This document shows, one piece after another, positions 18,377-28,698 of a DNA stretch of 64,000 nt. The stretch covers positions 15,176-79,175 of the forward strand of contig DIVY01000017.1 in assembly GCA_002422535.1 (NCBI GenBank). Reading direction: 5' to 3'. The DNA is from Bacillales bacterium UBA6120 (lineage in GTDB: Bacteria > Bacillota_I > Bacilli_A > RFN20 > CAG-826). The first letter of the stretch is position 1. Each line of letters starts with the position of its first letter. The notes under the pieces were generated by a model. It did not search any database. It saw nothing but the letters and a program-made list of their open reading frames with translations, and was not told the origin of the DNA. A program made the translations under genes and the position numbers.

Positions 18377-20152
18377 TTATACCATTCTCGTTTGAATGTC
18401 GTGGACACGACGATACAAACCGGGTTCATTTAATAATTGTTGATGGGTTCCAATTTGCGAGATTTTCCCATCTTCAAGCACGACGATGCGGTCGGCGTCC
18501 TTAGCTGTCGCCACGCGGTGCGTGATGATTAGCGTCGTGGTATCAGCTTGTCGTGACTTAAGGGCGGAACGTATATGAATATCCGTCTCGGTATCCACAG
18601 CGCTTAAACTATCGTCAAACACGAGAATCGGGGCTTTGTTGACAATCGTCCGCGCAATCGCTAGACGTTGTTTTTGACCGCCCGATAAAGTGACGCCTTT
18701 TTCGCCGACTTTCGTCTCATAGCCATCTTTGAACGACAAGATGTTTTGATGGATATCGGCGATTTGAGCCGCTCGGTGAATTTCTTCAATCGTGGCTTTC
18801 CGGTTGGCGATTTTTAGATTGTTGATGATTGTTTTCGAGAAGAGGAACGGTTCTTGTAAGACGGTGGCAATTTCGTGCCGTATGTGCTGCTTCGCGATGT
18901 CTTTTAGTTCGACCCCATCAATTTTAATCGATCCGCTTGTGTAATCATATAACCGTGTCAGCAAGTGACTAAGGGTGGATTTACCGCTGCCGGTCTTGCC
19001 CATGATGGCAATCGTTTCACCGGCTTTGATCGATAAGGTGATGTGATTCAGTATCGTCTCATCGCCATCGTCATAATGGAATGACATATCATCGAACTCA
19101 ATTGCACCTTTTATTTCAGGACGAAGACCCGATTCAATATCTTCAAGAGGTTGTTGCAAGATGACATTGATCCGATCCATCGCCGCGACCGCCCGGGCGA
19201 GGTTTGATAAAGTCATGGCCACATCACGGACGGGCCAGACGATCATGGAAACGAATTCAAAGGCGACAATCAGGGTCCCGATAGTAATATCTCCAATCAG
19301 GGCAAGATAGAGACCAAACAGCGTCGTTAAAACGATTTGACCGAACACGAAGATATCACTGCTAGCAAAGAAGAAACTCGAAAGTTTGCGCCAGCGGATG
19401 AATTTATTACGGTAATCCTGCAAGTGCTTATCGAAATCATCGATTTCGTATTTCTCGTTATTATAAGCTTTGACTAAGCGGATGCCGGCGAGCGTTTCTT
19501 CAATCTTGGCGCTTACAAGGCCATCACTATCTTCGGTCTCCCGGTAAAGTTTACGGACACGGCGGATAAGAAAATAAGAATACACGAACATAATCGGAAG
19601 AATGGCAATCGTCACGAGGGCAATTTTCGGTGAGAGAGTCATTAATAAGGTAAAACTAATCGTCACGATGAATAAGGCGTAAGATACACCAAATACTTGC
19701 CGAGTGATAAACGAACGAACCGTTTCTTCATCCCGCGTGCAAGTTTGGATGTAATCACCACTTTTAGCTTTTTTAAGCGCGGGATAAGGCAGTCGCTCGA
19801 TGTGATAGAAGAGTTTAAGCTGCATTTCCCTGCCGATGTTTGTTTCAACCACGCCACGAAGGTACATGCGGAAAAAAAACATTAACGCTCGGGAAAATCC
19901 AAGACCTAGTATGATAACAGAGAAAACCCAAAGGTTCTCCGATAGAAACGCTTGGCCGCCGAATAAATCGGTAAGAAAGGCATCAATTGGTCCTGAAGGA
20001 GGCACAAGCATAATGGTATCCACGAGGATTTTTGTCATGAAAGTGGATAATAACATGACGATGACGATAAAGAATTGGAGGATGAAAGAAAAAAGATAGG
20101 TCCCTCGATGCCCAGCAGTGATGTCCCACAATATTTTTAGATATTTTTTCAT
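18377..20152 (-). CDS. ABC exporter, fused permease-ATPase (heterodimer partner A)
   Basis: Walker A GKTGSGKST, signature LSGGQKQR, Walker B LVFDDSLSAVD. It lies 2 bp upstream of its partner. Confidence 0.9.
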   Translation of the reverse strand: MKKYLKILWDITAGHRGTYLFSFILQFFIVIVMLLSTFMTKILVDTIMLVPPSGPIDAFLTDLFGGQAFLSENLWVFSVIILGLGFSRALMFFFRMYLRGVVETNIGREMQLKLFYHIERLPYPALKKAKSGDYIQTCTRDEETVRSFITRQVFGVSYALFIVTISFTLLMTLSPKIALVTIAILPIMFVYSYFLIRRVRKLYRETEDSDGLVSAKIEETLAGIRLVKAYNNEKYEIDDFDKHLQDYRNKFIRWRKLSSFFFASSDIFVFGQIVLTTLFGLYLALIGDITIGTLIVAFEFVSMIVWPVRDVAMTLSNLARAVAAMDRINVILQQPLEDIESGLRPEIKGAIEFDDMSFHYDDGDETILNHITLSIKAGETIAIMGKTGSGKSTLSHLLTRLYDYTSGSIKIDGVELKDIAKQHIRHEIATVLQEPFLFSKTIINNLKIANRKATIEEIHRAAQIADIHQNILSFKDGYETKVGEKGVTLSGGQKQRLAIARTIVNKAPILVFDDSLSAVDTETDIHIRSALKSRQADTTTLIITHRVATAKDADRIVVLEDGKISQIGTHQQLLNEPGLYRRVHDIQTRMV

Positions 20153-20174
20153 GATAAGTCTCGCAACATTGTAT

Positions 20175-20182
20175 ATTATACA
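20175..20182 (-). promoter_or_regulatory. extended -10 (TGTATAAT) for the ABC exporter operon
   Basis: The minus-strand sequence TGTATAAT lies about 20 nt upstream of the ATG at 20152. Confidence 0.4.
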
Positions 20183-20448
20183 TTTTTTTATGATTTTTTT
20201 AAGGATTAATCGGCATAATTTGCGATAAATAATCGCTTGGTGTTAGCGCTTTTTGCTTAATTTTGTTTATCTTGTGGATAAATGAAGATGACTCATGATT
20301 TTTCACTGATTGCTTGGATTTTATTTGCAAGAAAGCTTCATAGTCACGAATTTTAGCAAGTTATGGTCGCGGGAAATCGACATCGAATGATGAAGGTGAA
20401 GTTCACTCCCGCAACACTTCGAAAAGAACATCCAAAAAAGTGGTGTTA

Positions 20449-20457
20449 TGGTATAAT
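20449..20457 (+). promoter_or_regulatory. extended -10 (TGGTATAAT) for the downstream membrane protein gene
   Basis: A TGnTATAAT match lies about 20 nt upstream of the ATG at 20477. Confidence 0.45.
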
Positions 20458-20476
20458 AGCGAAGATAAATCCCCTT

Positions 20477-21886
20477 ATGAACGAAGATAAACAAACTAAT
20501 CAAATAAACATAGTTCGTGACGCTGAAATTCATGGTCGTCATCGGCCTAAACGCGTCAATCGTAAATACCTCATCAATATCGCGATTGTCCTATTGATTA
20601 CCATCTTGGTGCTATATTTCAATTTGCGCGATAACCTAACGGCGGTCATGGAGGCGATGGTGCACGTCGATTACCGGTTTATTTTATTAGCGACGGGGCT
20701 GGTGCTCCTCACTTTCTTGTTAGATGGTTTTATTTTATTCATACTGGCGCGGCTTTACACGACCCGATTCACGATTGGTAAAGGCTTAGGCAATGCCTTA
20801 ATTGGAATTTTTTATAACAATGTGACACCCGGTCATAGCGGAGGTCAGTTTGCCCAAGCCTACACCTTTAAAAAGCAAGGGTTAGAGATTTCGAGCGCCG
20901 CTTCAATTCTTGTCATGCATTTTTTATTAAATCAAATGGCGCTTGTCACTTGGGGAATATTAGCCGTTTCCTTCAAGTTGAAAGACTTCATCAACATCAT
21001 TCAACCGATTACTTTGCTTGGCATCAATTTCCCCACCATTTCCCTAGCCATCATTGGCTTCTCGCTAAATTTCATCGTCATCGTTGGCATCATCTTTTTA
21101 GCGTATTCCAAATGGATTCATAACTTTGTCATTAATGGACTTGTCGGTCTTTTAGGAAAGATGAAAATTATCAAGCATCCGGAAGTTACCAAAAGCAATC
21201 TGCATCTCCAAATTGAAAACTTCCGCATCGAGTTACGGCGCTTACAATCGAATATTCGCGTGACGATATTCTTATATATTCTTTTCATGTTTCGCTACTT
21301 TGTCATCTATTCACTGCCAATGGTTATTGCCAAGTCGCTCCCCACGATTACGATTAGCGGAACATTGTGGGATGGCATTTTCATGACGAGTTATTTATAT
21401 GTAATCACTAACCTTGCCCCACTTCCTGGTTCCGCTGGTGTTAGCGAATTATTTTTCTCACATCTTTTCCAAACGATATTTGGTAGTTACGCGGCCACGC
21501 TGGCGCCTCAATTGATTTGGCGTACGACGACCTTCTATCTGACGCTGATTGTTAGTGGTTTCGCTTCGGCGTTTTATCGTTCGGCACCTCAGGAAGACAA
21601 TTTCCGGAGCGACCGCCGTACGTTTGTGGAATTACAAAAATCGACTTATGCCATTCGCAAACTTTCAAGCGATACCATGTGGGAAACGTCGCAGCTTTCT
21701 CGCAAAGACATGATTAAAGAGGTCACCGGCGACTTTTTAGGGATTAAAGCGCGCCGTAAAAAGGCCGAAGAACTGAAAAAGAAACAGCAAGAGGATGCTC
21801 GTGCGAGCGCCGAGCGGAAGATGAAAGAAAGGTTGACGTTAGAAACTGATGAGTTTCTCATCGATCCCGACGACCCCGTCAAATAA
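20477..21886 (+). CDS. flippase-like / lysylphosphatidylglycerol-synthase-TM-domain (UPF0104) membrane protein. The longest ORF begins at 20363, but that extension overlaps the promoter
   Basis: GIFYNNVTPGHSGGQFAQAYTFKKQGLEISSAASILV is the typical flippase-like-domain core. Multiple TMs. It is followed directly by a GT4 glycosyltransferase. Confidence 0.6.
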   Translation: MNEDKQTNQINIVRDAEIHGRHRPKRVNRKYLINIAIVLLITILVLYFNLRDNLTAVMEAMVHVDYRFILLATGLVLLTFLLDGFILFILARLYTTRFTIGKGLGNALIGIFYNNVTPGHSGGQFAQAYTFKKQGLEISSAASILVMHFLLNQMALVTWGILAVSFKLKDFINIIQPITLLGINFPTISLAIIGFSLNFIVIVGIIFLAYSKWIHNFVINGLVGLLGKMKIIKHPEVTKSNLHLQIENFRIELRRLQSNIRVTIFLYILFMFRYFVIYSLPMVIAKSLPTITISGTLWDGIFMTSYLYVITNLAPLPGSAGVSELFFSHLFQTIFGSYAATLAPQLIWRTTTFYLTLIVSGFASAFYRSAPQEDNFRSDRRTFVELQKSTYAIRKLSSDTMWETSQLSRKDMIKEVTGDFLGIKARRKKAEELKKKQQEDARASAERKMKERLTLETDEFLIDPDDPVK

Positions 21887-23058
21887 TGAATATTGGGTTA
21901 TTTACCGATTCGTATCCACCTCAAATTAACGGCGTGGCGGTCTCAACGCAAAACTTATTCAATATCTTACGACGTAACGGCCATCAAGCTTATGTGGTGA
22001 CTACCAATGCGGTAGCCAATCACCTTGAATACAAAGATAATGTCTTATACATTCCCGGGCTCGAGTTAAAGAAGTTATATGGTTATCGAATGGCGAGTTT
22101 TTATAATTCGCGGGCGATGAAAATCATCCAATCGTGGAAGCTTGATATCGTCCATATCCAAACAGAGGCCGGCATTGGCATCTTCGGTAAAATCGTGGCC
22201 ACCCGGGGAAATTTACCGACGGTGAATACCTATCACACGATGTACGAAGATTACACGCACTATGCTGGAAAAGGCGAACATTTTGATCGCTTTGCTAAAA
22301 GCGTCGTTCGCGTGTTTTCGAAATATGTGGCGATGCAATGCACGGAATTCATCTCCCCTTCAGAAAAGACGAAAGAGGCCTTTCGTCAATATGGGACTGA
22401 TCGCTATATAAATATTGTGCCGACCGGCATTGAATTTTCGAAATTCAAGCGCGAAAACATTAATGTAACCGAACTTGAAGATTTCAAATTGCAACATGGG
22501 ATAAATGATAAATTTGTGATTTTAGCCCTTGGCCGCGTGGCCGAAGAAAAAAGCATCGATGTCTTGATTAGAGGTTATGCCACTTATCTTAAACAAGCGA
22601 CACGACCATCGAAATTTGTCATCGTTGGCGATGGTCCCGCGAAAGGTTCGTTAATGAAACTGGCTGGCGAGCTTGGAATTGGCGACCATGTGTTATTCGT
22701 GGGCGCGGTAAGCAGCACCCGCGTTCCTTTCTTTTACCAACTTGCCGATGTATTTGTCTCGGCCTCGATTACCGAAACCCAAGGCTTGACATTCATGGAA
22801 GCGATGGCTAGTCGCCTTCTTGTTTTAACCCGTTATGATGATAATTTACGCAATACCATTATCGATAATGAAACAGGCTTTTTCTTCGCTTCAGAAACGG
22901 ATTTCCCCGAAAAACTGGCGCGTTTAGCGACACTGCCCGCTACTACTAAAGAGAAAATTATCAAGACGGCCTTAAAAACCCTTGATGTTTATTCGATTGA
23001 ACGATTCTATGACAACATCATGGAGGTGTATCATCGTGCCCTCAGAAAATACTTCTAG
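21886..23058 (+). CDS. GT4-family glycosyltransferase, diacylglycerol glycosyltransferase-like glycolipid synthase
   Basis: The N-terminus MNIGLFTDSYPPQINGVAVS resembles GT4 glucosyl-DAG synthases. EX7E motif ETQGLTFMEAMAS. Confidence 0.75.
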   Translation: MNIGLFTDSYPPQINGVAVSTQNLFNILRRNGHQAYVVTTNAVANHLEYKDNVLYIPGLELKKLYGYRMASFYNSRAMKIIQSWKLDIVHIQTEAGIGIFGKIVATRGNLPTVNTYHTMYEDYTHYAGKGEHFDRFAKSVVRVFSKYVAMQCTEFISPSEKTKEAFRQYGTDRYINIVPTGIEFSKFKRENINVTELEDFKLQHGINDKFVILALGRVAEEKSIDVLIRGYATYLKQATRPSKFVIVGDGPAKGSLMKLAGELGIGDHVLFVGAVSSTRVPFFYQLADVFVSASITETQGLTFMEAMASRLLVLTRYDDNLRNTIIDNETGFFFASETDFPEKLARLATLPATTKEKIIKTALKTLDVYSIERFYDNIMEVYHRALRKYF

Positions 23059-23836
23059 AACTATCACTTCCATCAAACTATTGAAGAAAGTGGTTCGCGT
23101 GTATTTTGACGAGCGAATGATGGAGTTGACACCTGATCGTTTTACCGATCAGTATTTATACGTTGGGAAAACAATTAATGAAACCGATTTTGAAAATCTA
23201 AAAAGCGTTGCTGCATTATGTAAACTAGAAAATTATGCGCGTGGATTATTAATGAAAGGGCCGTATACGCGTAAAGTCATTGCTATTAAATTATACGCGA
23301 AAGGGGCAAAGCGCCACCAAGTCGAAGATATTCTTCAAGATTTAACAAAAAAGGGGTTGCTAGATGATGCCACTTATATGGAAGATCGCATCGCCTATGG
23401 TCATGCGCGTTTACAAGGGTATCACGCTATCTATGATGACCTAGTTCATAAAGGTGTCAGTGCAGAACTGTTAGAAAAATTCAAATTTGATTATGATTTG
23501 GAACTTCAAAAAGCCAAGATGATTCTTCCTAGGCTTCAAAAAGCGCATCTCTCAAAATCCCATTTGGCGCAGCACCGGTTTTTTTATGAGTGGTATTTAT
23601 CGCACGGCTTTGCCAAAGATGTGATTACACCACTGATTGAAACATTAGAACACTACTCTCTTTCACAAGAACATGAAAACTTACAAAAAGAACTTGAGAA
23701 TGGGAAGCGAAAATTCGCCCATAAATATCACGGCAAGAAGTTGCGCCAGCGTTTATTTCAGTATTTGGCGCAAAAGGGTTATAATTATGCCCATATAAGC
23801 GAAGCGTTAGGAGCTCTTGAAGATGAAATGGATTAA
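23036..23836 (+). CDS. recX: RecA regulator RecX (GTG start preceded by GGAGG)
   Basis: RecX repeats (KLYAKGAKRHQVEDILQDLTKKGLLDDATYMED). SD GGAGGTG lies 8 nt before the GTG at 23036. The longer ORF from 22982 would overlap the glycosyltransferase. Confidence 0.7.
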   Translation: MPSENTSRTITSIKLLKKVVRVYFDERMMELTPDRFTDQYLYVGKTINETDFENLKSVAALCKLENYARGLLMKGPYTRKVIAIKLYAKGAKRHQVEDILQDLTKKGLLDDATYMEDRIAYGHARLQGYHAIYDDLVHKGVSAELLEKFKFDYDLELQKAKMILPRLQKAHLSKSHLAQHRFFYEWYLSHGFAKDVITPLIETLEHYSLSQEHENLQKELENGKRKFAHKYHGKKLRQRLFQYLAQKGYNYAHISEALGALEDEMD

Positions 23837-24764
23837 AGATATTAAAGATGGCGAACATGTGTTTGGTCAATTCCTTGTGACCAACGTCAGCAAAGGCGTC
23901 ACCACGAACAACGCCACCTATTTAAGCGTGAGTTTTCAAGACCAAACGGGCACCATCGATGGGAAACTCTGGGATGCCGATGCCGCCGATATTGAGATAT
24001 TGGCGATTGGCAATATCGTCAGTTTGGATGCCGATGCCCTAAATTACCGCAATAATTTGCAACTCAAAATTCAAGGAGCGACGAAAGTGGATCCCTCCAC
24101 AGTCGACCCAAGCCGCTTTACGATGGCGGCGCCACGGCCTCTTGAAGAAATGGAACAGGATTTAGAAAGAGTTCTTGCCGGGATTGAAGATGGCCAAATC
24201 AAATTGCTGGCGACTACCTTAATCAAGAATCACTATGACGCCTATATTACATTTCCCGCCGCTGTTAGGAATCACCATGAATATACCAGCGGTTTACTTT
24301 ACCACACATTATCGATGGTGCATTTAGCCGATGCCATTATTCCGTATTATCCCACGATTTCGCGCGACTTATTGATTGCCGGGATTTTGCTTCACGACCT
24401 AGGTAAAACAAGCGAATTATCGGGTCCGATTATTCCCAAATATACAATTACTGGCAAGTTGATTGGGCACATCACTTTAATGACTTCTGAAATCATCAAT
24501 GTAGCCAAAGAGTTGGAAATTGACGAGGAAATCAGTACCTTAATCGCCCATATGGTGCTCTCGCATCATGGTAAACAAGAATATGGGTCACCAGTCATTC
24601 CGATGACAAAGGAAGCCTTGCTATTAAGCATGATTGATGACATGGATGCTAAGCTTGTGATGGCGGAAAAAGCGCTCGAGGGGATTGAACCGGGCGACTT
24701 CTCGGCCCGGGTATTCACACTCGACGATCGCAGTCTCTACCAACCAAAATACTTGAAGAAGTAA
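23817..24764 (+). CDS. yhaM: 3'-5' exoribonuclease YhaM (OB-fold plus HD domain)
   Basis: N-terminal OB fold and an HD domain (HHEYTSGLLYHTLSMV...LHDLGKT...SHHG). Confidence 0.75.
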   Translation: MKMKWIKDIKDGEHVFGQFLVTNVSKGVTTNNATYLSVSFQDQTGTIDGKLWDADAADIEILAIGNIVSLDADALNYRNNLQLKIQGATKVDPSTVDPSRFTMAAPRPLEEMEQDLERVLAGIEDGQIKLLATTLIKNHYDAYITFPAAVRNHHEYTSGLLYHTLSMVHLADAIIPYYPTISRDLLIAGILLHDLGKTSELSGPIIPKYTITGKLIGHITLMTSEIINVAKELEIDEEISTLIAHMVLSHHGKQEYGSPVIPMTKEALLLSMIDDMDAKLVMAEKALEGIEPGDFSARVFTLDDRSLYQPKYLKK

Positions 24765-24781
24765 AACCTTCGGGCCATAAT

Positions 24782-25201
24782 TTATTTGATACCAGCGGAA
24801 ATTTTACGAGCAAGGACCGGAAGATTTAGTTCATTGCGATGAACGTTTTCATACATCTCAATCCGTAAGTTATCGTGATGGTCATAACGGGGAATTACAT
24901 GCACATGGAAATGGAATACGGATTGTCCGGCCGCCTTATAGTTATTGGTTAACACATTAACACCGGCCGCTCCCAGTTGGCGCACTTGTGCTTGACCAAT
25001 CCGCTGGGCGACGTTCATGACGCGATGCATGATTGTCTTTGGGGTGGCTAAAAAATTATCATAATGGACTTTGCTTATTACTAACGTGTGTCCAATCGTT
25101 GTTTGGCCGATATCAAGGAAAGCGAGGACATAATCGTCTTCATAGACCTTGGTAGCGGGAATGATGCCCGTGGCAATTTTACAAAAAACGCAATCTTTCA
25201 T
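24782..25201 (-). CDS. hit: HIT-family (histidine triad) nucleotide hydrolase
   Basis: HFHVHVIPR histidine triad. Confidence 0.9.
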   Translation of the reverse strand: MKDCVFCKIATGIIPATKVYEDDYVLAFLDIGQTTIGHTLVISKVHYDNFLATPKTIMHRVMNVAQRIGQAQVRQLGAAGVNVLTNNYKAAGQSVFHFHVHVIPRYDHHDNLRIEMYENVHRNELNLPVLARKISAGIK

Positions 25202-25223
25202 AATTCATACCTCGAATCTATTA

Positions 25224-25252
25224 TATAAAAAAAGGAGGCTTGTGAGCCTCCT
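25224..25252 (-). terminator. rho-independent terminator for the upstream lipoprotein gene (minus strand)
   Basis: AGGAGGCT/AGCCTCCT hairpin with an A-run on the plus strand, which is a T-run on the minus strand. Confidence 0.6.
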
Positions 25253-25272
25253 TAATGAGAGAAACTAAAGAT

Positions 25273-26820
25273 TTATTTTTTGGGGTCGTAGATATCGGGA
25301 TAAACTTCTTTGAAATATTTCCAGATGTCTTGATCGTGGAACACGATTGAGTATTGTTCCAAGTAGTGGTTGGTCGCACTTGTCTTATTGGCATCGCGCG
25401 TTCCTAATACTTTAGCAACTTCCCCAGCAATCATCTTCCGGGTACCGGCGCCATAAAGGGCATCGTAGTTTCGCGTGGAGGCTTCGTCTTGGTTAAGCTT
25501 GGTGCTATTGACGGCTTCTTCGATTTGAATGATGTAGTAGGTTGAACTGCTCGCATCATAGAGGAGAAAGTCGCGGTTGGGGACATTAGGATCGACTTGT
25601 TGGCTATTTTGCGGAATCAGGTAGTAGTTACCATGGATGTTGCGCACATAGTCGGACACTTGGTCATCCGCACCTGTGAATGAGGCGTCGAATTCATCAA
25701 TCGCCTTATCAACGCCATTGGCGACGCCGATATTAAAGAGACGATTACGGATTTCAGTTGGTAACGATTCGAGGCCACCATTTTTGATGTACCAGCCATC
25801 GGTCGTGAAGTCCCGTTTACGTAAGGCATTTTGTTTGATTAATAGTCCTTCATCAGGAGTATACGTGCCATTGGATGTGAAGTCGTTTTCAATCGCCACA
25901 TCAGTTAATTGCACATTGTCGTTGATCTTACTATATTGGGCCAGAATATCGCCATTAAGCGTTTTGCTCACATCAAGACCAGCGGCGGTTAATAAGTTTT
26001 GTTCAGCACTTAAGGGAGCGATGTCAAGACCGCGCCAAGCGCGCGCTAATAATTCTAAATCAGCATCTGCGGCAGTCGCCGTCGGCGCGAGGATGAATTG
26101 ATCGATAAAGGTATCCAGCAAGTATTTCGCGGCTTCGGGGTGTTTGTTGTTTGTTTGGAGGGCGATGTAATTGACTTTGCGGGCATACGAGCGTCCAAGC
26201 GTCGCGTAGTCTTCATCGAGTATATATTGTTCGATTAATTTTTCGCGGTAGATTTCGGGGACGATTTCCCCGTTGATGAATTCTTCATAGTAGTCGACGT
26301 GGATGGCCGCTTCGACGACGGAACGAATTTCATCTTGGGAGACGGGCAGGAAGATGTAGTCGCTAATATAACCGGCGGTTTCATTGACGGGATAGAGTTG
26401 TTTTCTGACAAAGTCGGCAAACCGTTCTTCCGAGAAATAGGACCGCGTTTCATAGGAGCCACTGGTGATCCGGCTATAAAGTTTTTCATAAATTCGTTGT
26501 TCGACATCAGCCACAAACGCTACTTTTTCAGCATCGGTGGAAGCGAGATTATCTTCATAGGAACCGAAGATATCGTCGGCGATTAATTGGATGATATCGT
26601 CTTTGGCTTGGGAGTTTAATGTCCCATTATCGCGTAAGGCGTCATAGACGACCGAAGCGATATTCTTATCAAGATCACTAGCGAGGTTCGATAGTAATGG
26701 TTCTTCATAGTCGCTCGGTTGGGCGATGACATCGCAGCCAGCGAGTAACAAGGCGCCGGTAATGGCGACGATGTATTTTAACTTATTTGACATAGCAGAC
26801 ACCCCCCGCTTGATATTCAA
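25273..26820 (-). CDS. large lipoprotein, function unknown
   Basis: Signal peptide with lipobox LLAGC. No recognisable catalytic motif. Confidence 0.6.
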   Translation of the reverse strand: MNIKRGVSAMSNKLKYIVAITGALLLAGCDVIAQPSDYEEPLLSNLASDLDKNIASVVYDALRDNGTLNSQAKDDIIQLIADDIFGSYEDNLASTDAEKVAFVADVEQRIYEKLYSRITSGSYETRSYFSEERFADFVRKQLYPVNETAGYISDYIFLPVSQDEIRSVVEAAIHVDYYEEFINGEIVPEIYREKLIEQYILDEDYATLGRSYARKVNYIALQTNNKHPEAAKYLLDTFIDQFILAPTATAADADLELLARAWRGLDIAPLSAEQNLLTAAGLDVSKTLNGDILAQYSKINDNVQLTDVAIENDFTSNGTYTPDEGLLIKQNALRKRDFTTDGWYIKNGGLESLPTEIRNRLFNIGVANGVDKAIDEFDASFTGADDQVSDYVRNIHGNYYLIPQNSQQVDPNVPNRDFLLYDASSSTYYIIQIEEAVNSTKLNQDEASTRNYDALYGAGTRKMIAGEVAKVLGTRDANKTSATNHYLEQYSIVFHDQDIWKYFKEVYPDIYDPKK

Positions 26821-28495
26821 GAGCCAAATCGGCGTTTTGGAAGTTTTCGGCGCATGTTTCGGCGATTAAACGACCGCGTTGCCATTCTTGGTATTCGAGG
26901 TAACGGATGAATGTATCCCAGTTTTCCTCATAGTTGAGTTGTTCCGAGAAAGCGTTGCTGGTCCGTTGCACATCGATGTAATTGGTGATGGCCGCTTCAA
27001 GATCGGCATCGACGAAGGTCACGCCTTGAGCGGCGCTTAATTTTTCAAAAATGCGCGCTTGAAGCATGGAGTCAAAACCTTTTATCTCGTTTGTAATTGT
27101 TTCTGAACGTTCTTTATAAATCTTGGTGGTCGTCTTCATGAAGTTGACATAGGTGATAAGTTCTTTATCGCTAATGTCTTTCGGGAAGGTTGACGTGCCG
27201 GGGATTTCGGTGGTGTAGTAATCTTCAAGGGTGACACCACTGGTAGAAGTTTCCACTAATGCTGAGCGTTCGACGACGATGAAGTGTAAACCTTGGTAGC
27301 CACTAGTGCCACTGCCAGTTCCGGCGCGAACCGCCAGAATCACTTTGCCATCTTCATCGACGAGCGCTTTTTGACCGCCAAGTTCAGCGACGGCTTGGAA
27401 ACCCGTCATCGCTTCATAAGCGAGATTGGCGCTACCATCGGTATTCGTTGGAGTGATAATGCTCACGTTATGTTTATTGAAGAATTTGTTGAAGTAGATG
27501 TTACGGGGATAATATTTGCTATCGCCATTATTGACTTTATCGCCATTGACGTCTTTAGTAATATCGGCCGTTTCTTCTAACTTTAAAGCGGCTTGGTAAG
27601 GAATCTCGCCAAGACCTAAATTATTAAGGAATGTGGCGGCATCCGCGGGAACCGCTAATTTGTCGGCGTTTTCCACAACGCCGAGATTTTGATTATAAAG
27701 CGCATCGTAGGCGTAGACGCCGAGTTTGAACTCGTTGACATAACCAGTTGATTTGCTCATGATTCCCAAATCGCCGAAGTTAGCAGCCGAACCTTCGTCT
27801 TCACTCGCTTCACGGGCGATATCTCCAAATGTTTCATCGTTTTGACGAATCGCTAACCGTTTAATGACTGAGGAGACGTTACGAGCTTCTTGTTCGGTAA
27901 TCGCCCCATCGTAAATATCCGTGCTAGAATCGGACACTTTGACGAGGATGTGGCGGACGTGGTAGGGAAGTTTGGTATCGAGGTAACCATCGTAGTCAGT
28001 CGAACCAAGCAACATTTCTTGCTTATTGTCGTCGTAGAAGTTGTCTTGGACTTTCGTCTTCATTAGGTCATAGGCGAAGTAATCCTTGAGTTCGGCTTCA
28101 TCGGCCACATTGTAAGATTGGAATAGTGCTTCGAGTTCGTCTTTGTACTTCGATTTGTTGGCGTCGGCGTTCGATTGCGCCGTCTCCTTGACCCCATCGA
28201 CGCGGTTGTCCGCTTGATCCATGATGTCGGCGAGTTGACCAGCGTTTTCTGGTTGGTTCATCTCGTTACGAATGACGACTTCGACTACGGCCTCATAAAA
28301 TTTGGCGACGCCGGTGGCGTTGCCCTTGTATTGGGAGAATAGGTCGTCGGTCGTGTAATGGATCGTGCTTCCGCTGGGGCTTGTTATTGTCATGACATAA
28401 CCATCAGTGTTTTCTTCAAGTGGGTCACCGCATGACGCTAACGTCAAAAGCGATACCATCGATAAAAGCGCTAACGTTAGTTTGCCCTTATTCAT
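26783..28495 (-). CDS. large lipoprotein, possibly with a PrsA/parvulin-like segment
   Basis: Lipobox LTLASCG. LPYHVRHILVK resembles the start of a parvulin domain (weak). It overlaps the downstream lipoprotein gene by 38 nt. Confidence 0.5.
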   Translation of the reverse strand: MNKGKLTLALLSMVSLLTLASCGDPLEENTDGYVMTITSPSGSTIHYTTDDLFSQYKGNATGVAKFYEAVVEVVIRNEMNQPENAGQLADIMDQADNRVDGVKETAQSNADANKSKYKDELEALFQSYNVADEAELKDYFAYDLMKTKVQDNFYDDNKQEMLLGSTDYDGYLDTKLPYHVRHILVKVSDSSTDIYDGAITEQEARNVSSVIKRLAIRQNDETFGDIAREASEDEGSAANFGDLGIMSKSTGYVNEFKLGVYAYDALYNQNLGVVENADKLAVPADAATFLNNLGLGEIPYQAALKLEETADITKDVNGDKVNNGDSKYYPRNIYFNKFFNKHNVSIITPTNTDGSANLAYEAMTGFQAVAELGGQKALVDEDGKVILAVRAGTGSGTSGYQGLHFIVVERSALVETSTSGVTLEDYYTTEIPGTSTFPKDISDKELITYVNFMKTTTKIYKERSETITNEIKGFDSMLQARIFEKLSAAQGVTFVDADLEAAITNYIDVQRTSNAFSEQLNYEENWDTFIRYLEYQEWQRGRLIAETCAENFQNADLALEYQAGGVCYVK

Positions 28496-28698
28496 ATTTG
28501 ATAAATGCCCTCCTTCTATAAATACAGCACAACTATTGTATTATTTTAATAATACTAATTCAACAACTAATTTGTGGATTTCACCTTACGATAAATACCA
28601 TCAGTCATATAAAATATCACGAATTCAAAAATTATCATATCAATTTAATAAAATGGAGGGCAGTGCTAGAATAAGGACGATTTATAGGAGTTGATAAA

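Noticed and set aside
20363-20476. A 5' extension of the flippase-like gene
   Set aside because: The extension covers the extended -10 promoter element and reads as non-protein-like sequence (MVAGNRHRMMKVKF...). The ATG at 20477 is more plausible.
22982-23035. A 5' extension of recX overlapping the glycosyltransferase by 77 nt
   Set aside because: The extension has no RBS. The GTG at 23036 is preceded by GGAGG at ideal spacing and starts just before the upstream stop.
28496-28698. Long-range complementary 8-mers TGCCCTCC and GGAGGGCA about 170 nt apart, upstream of sufC, as a possible riboswitch-like stem
   Set aside because: The first copy is simply the RBS of the minus-strand lipoprotein gene starting at 28495. 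No known aptamer consensus was recognised.
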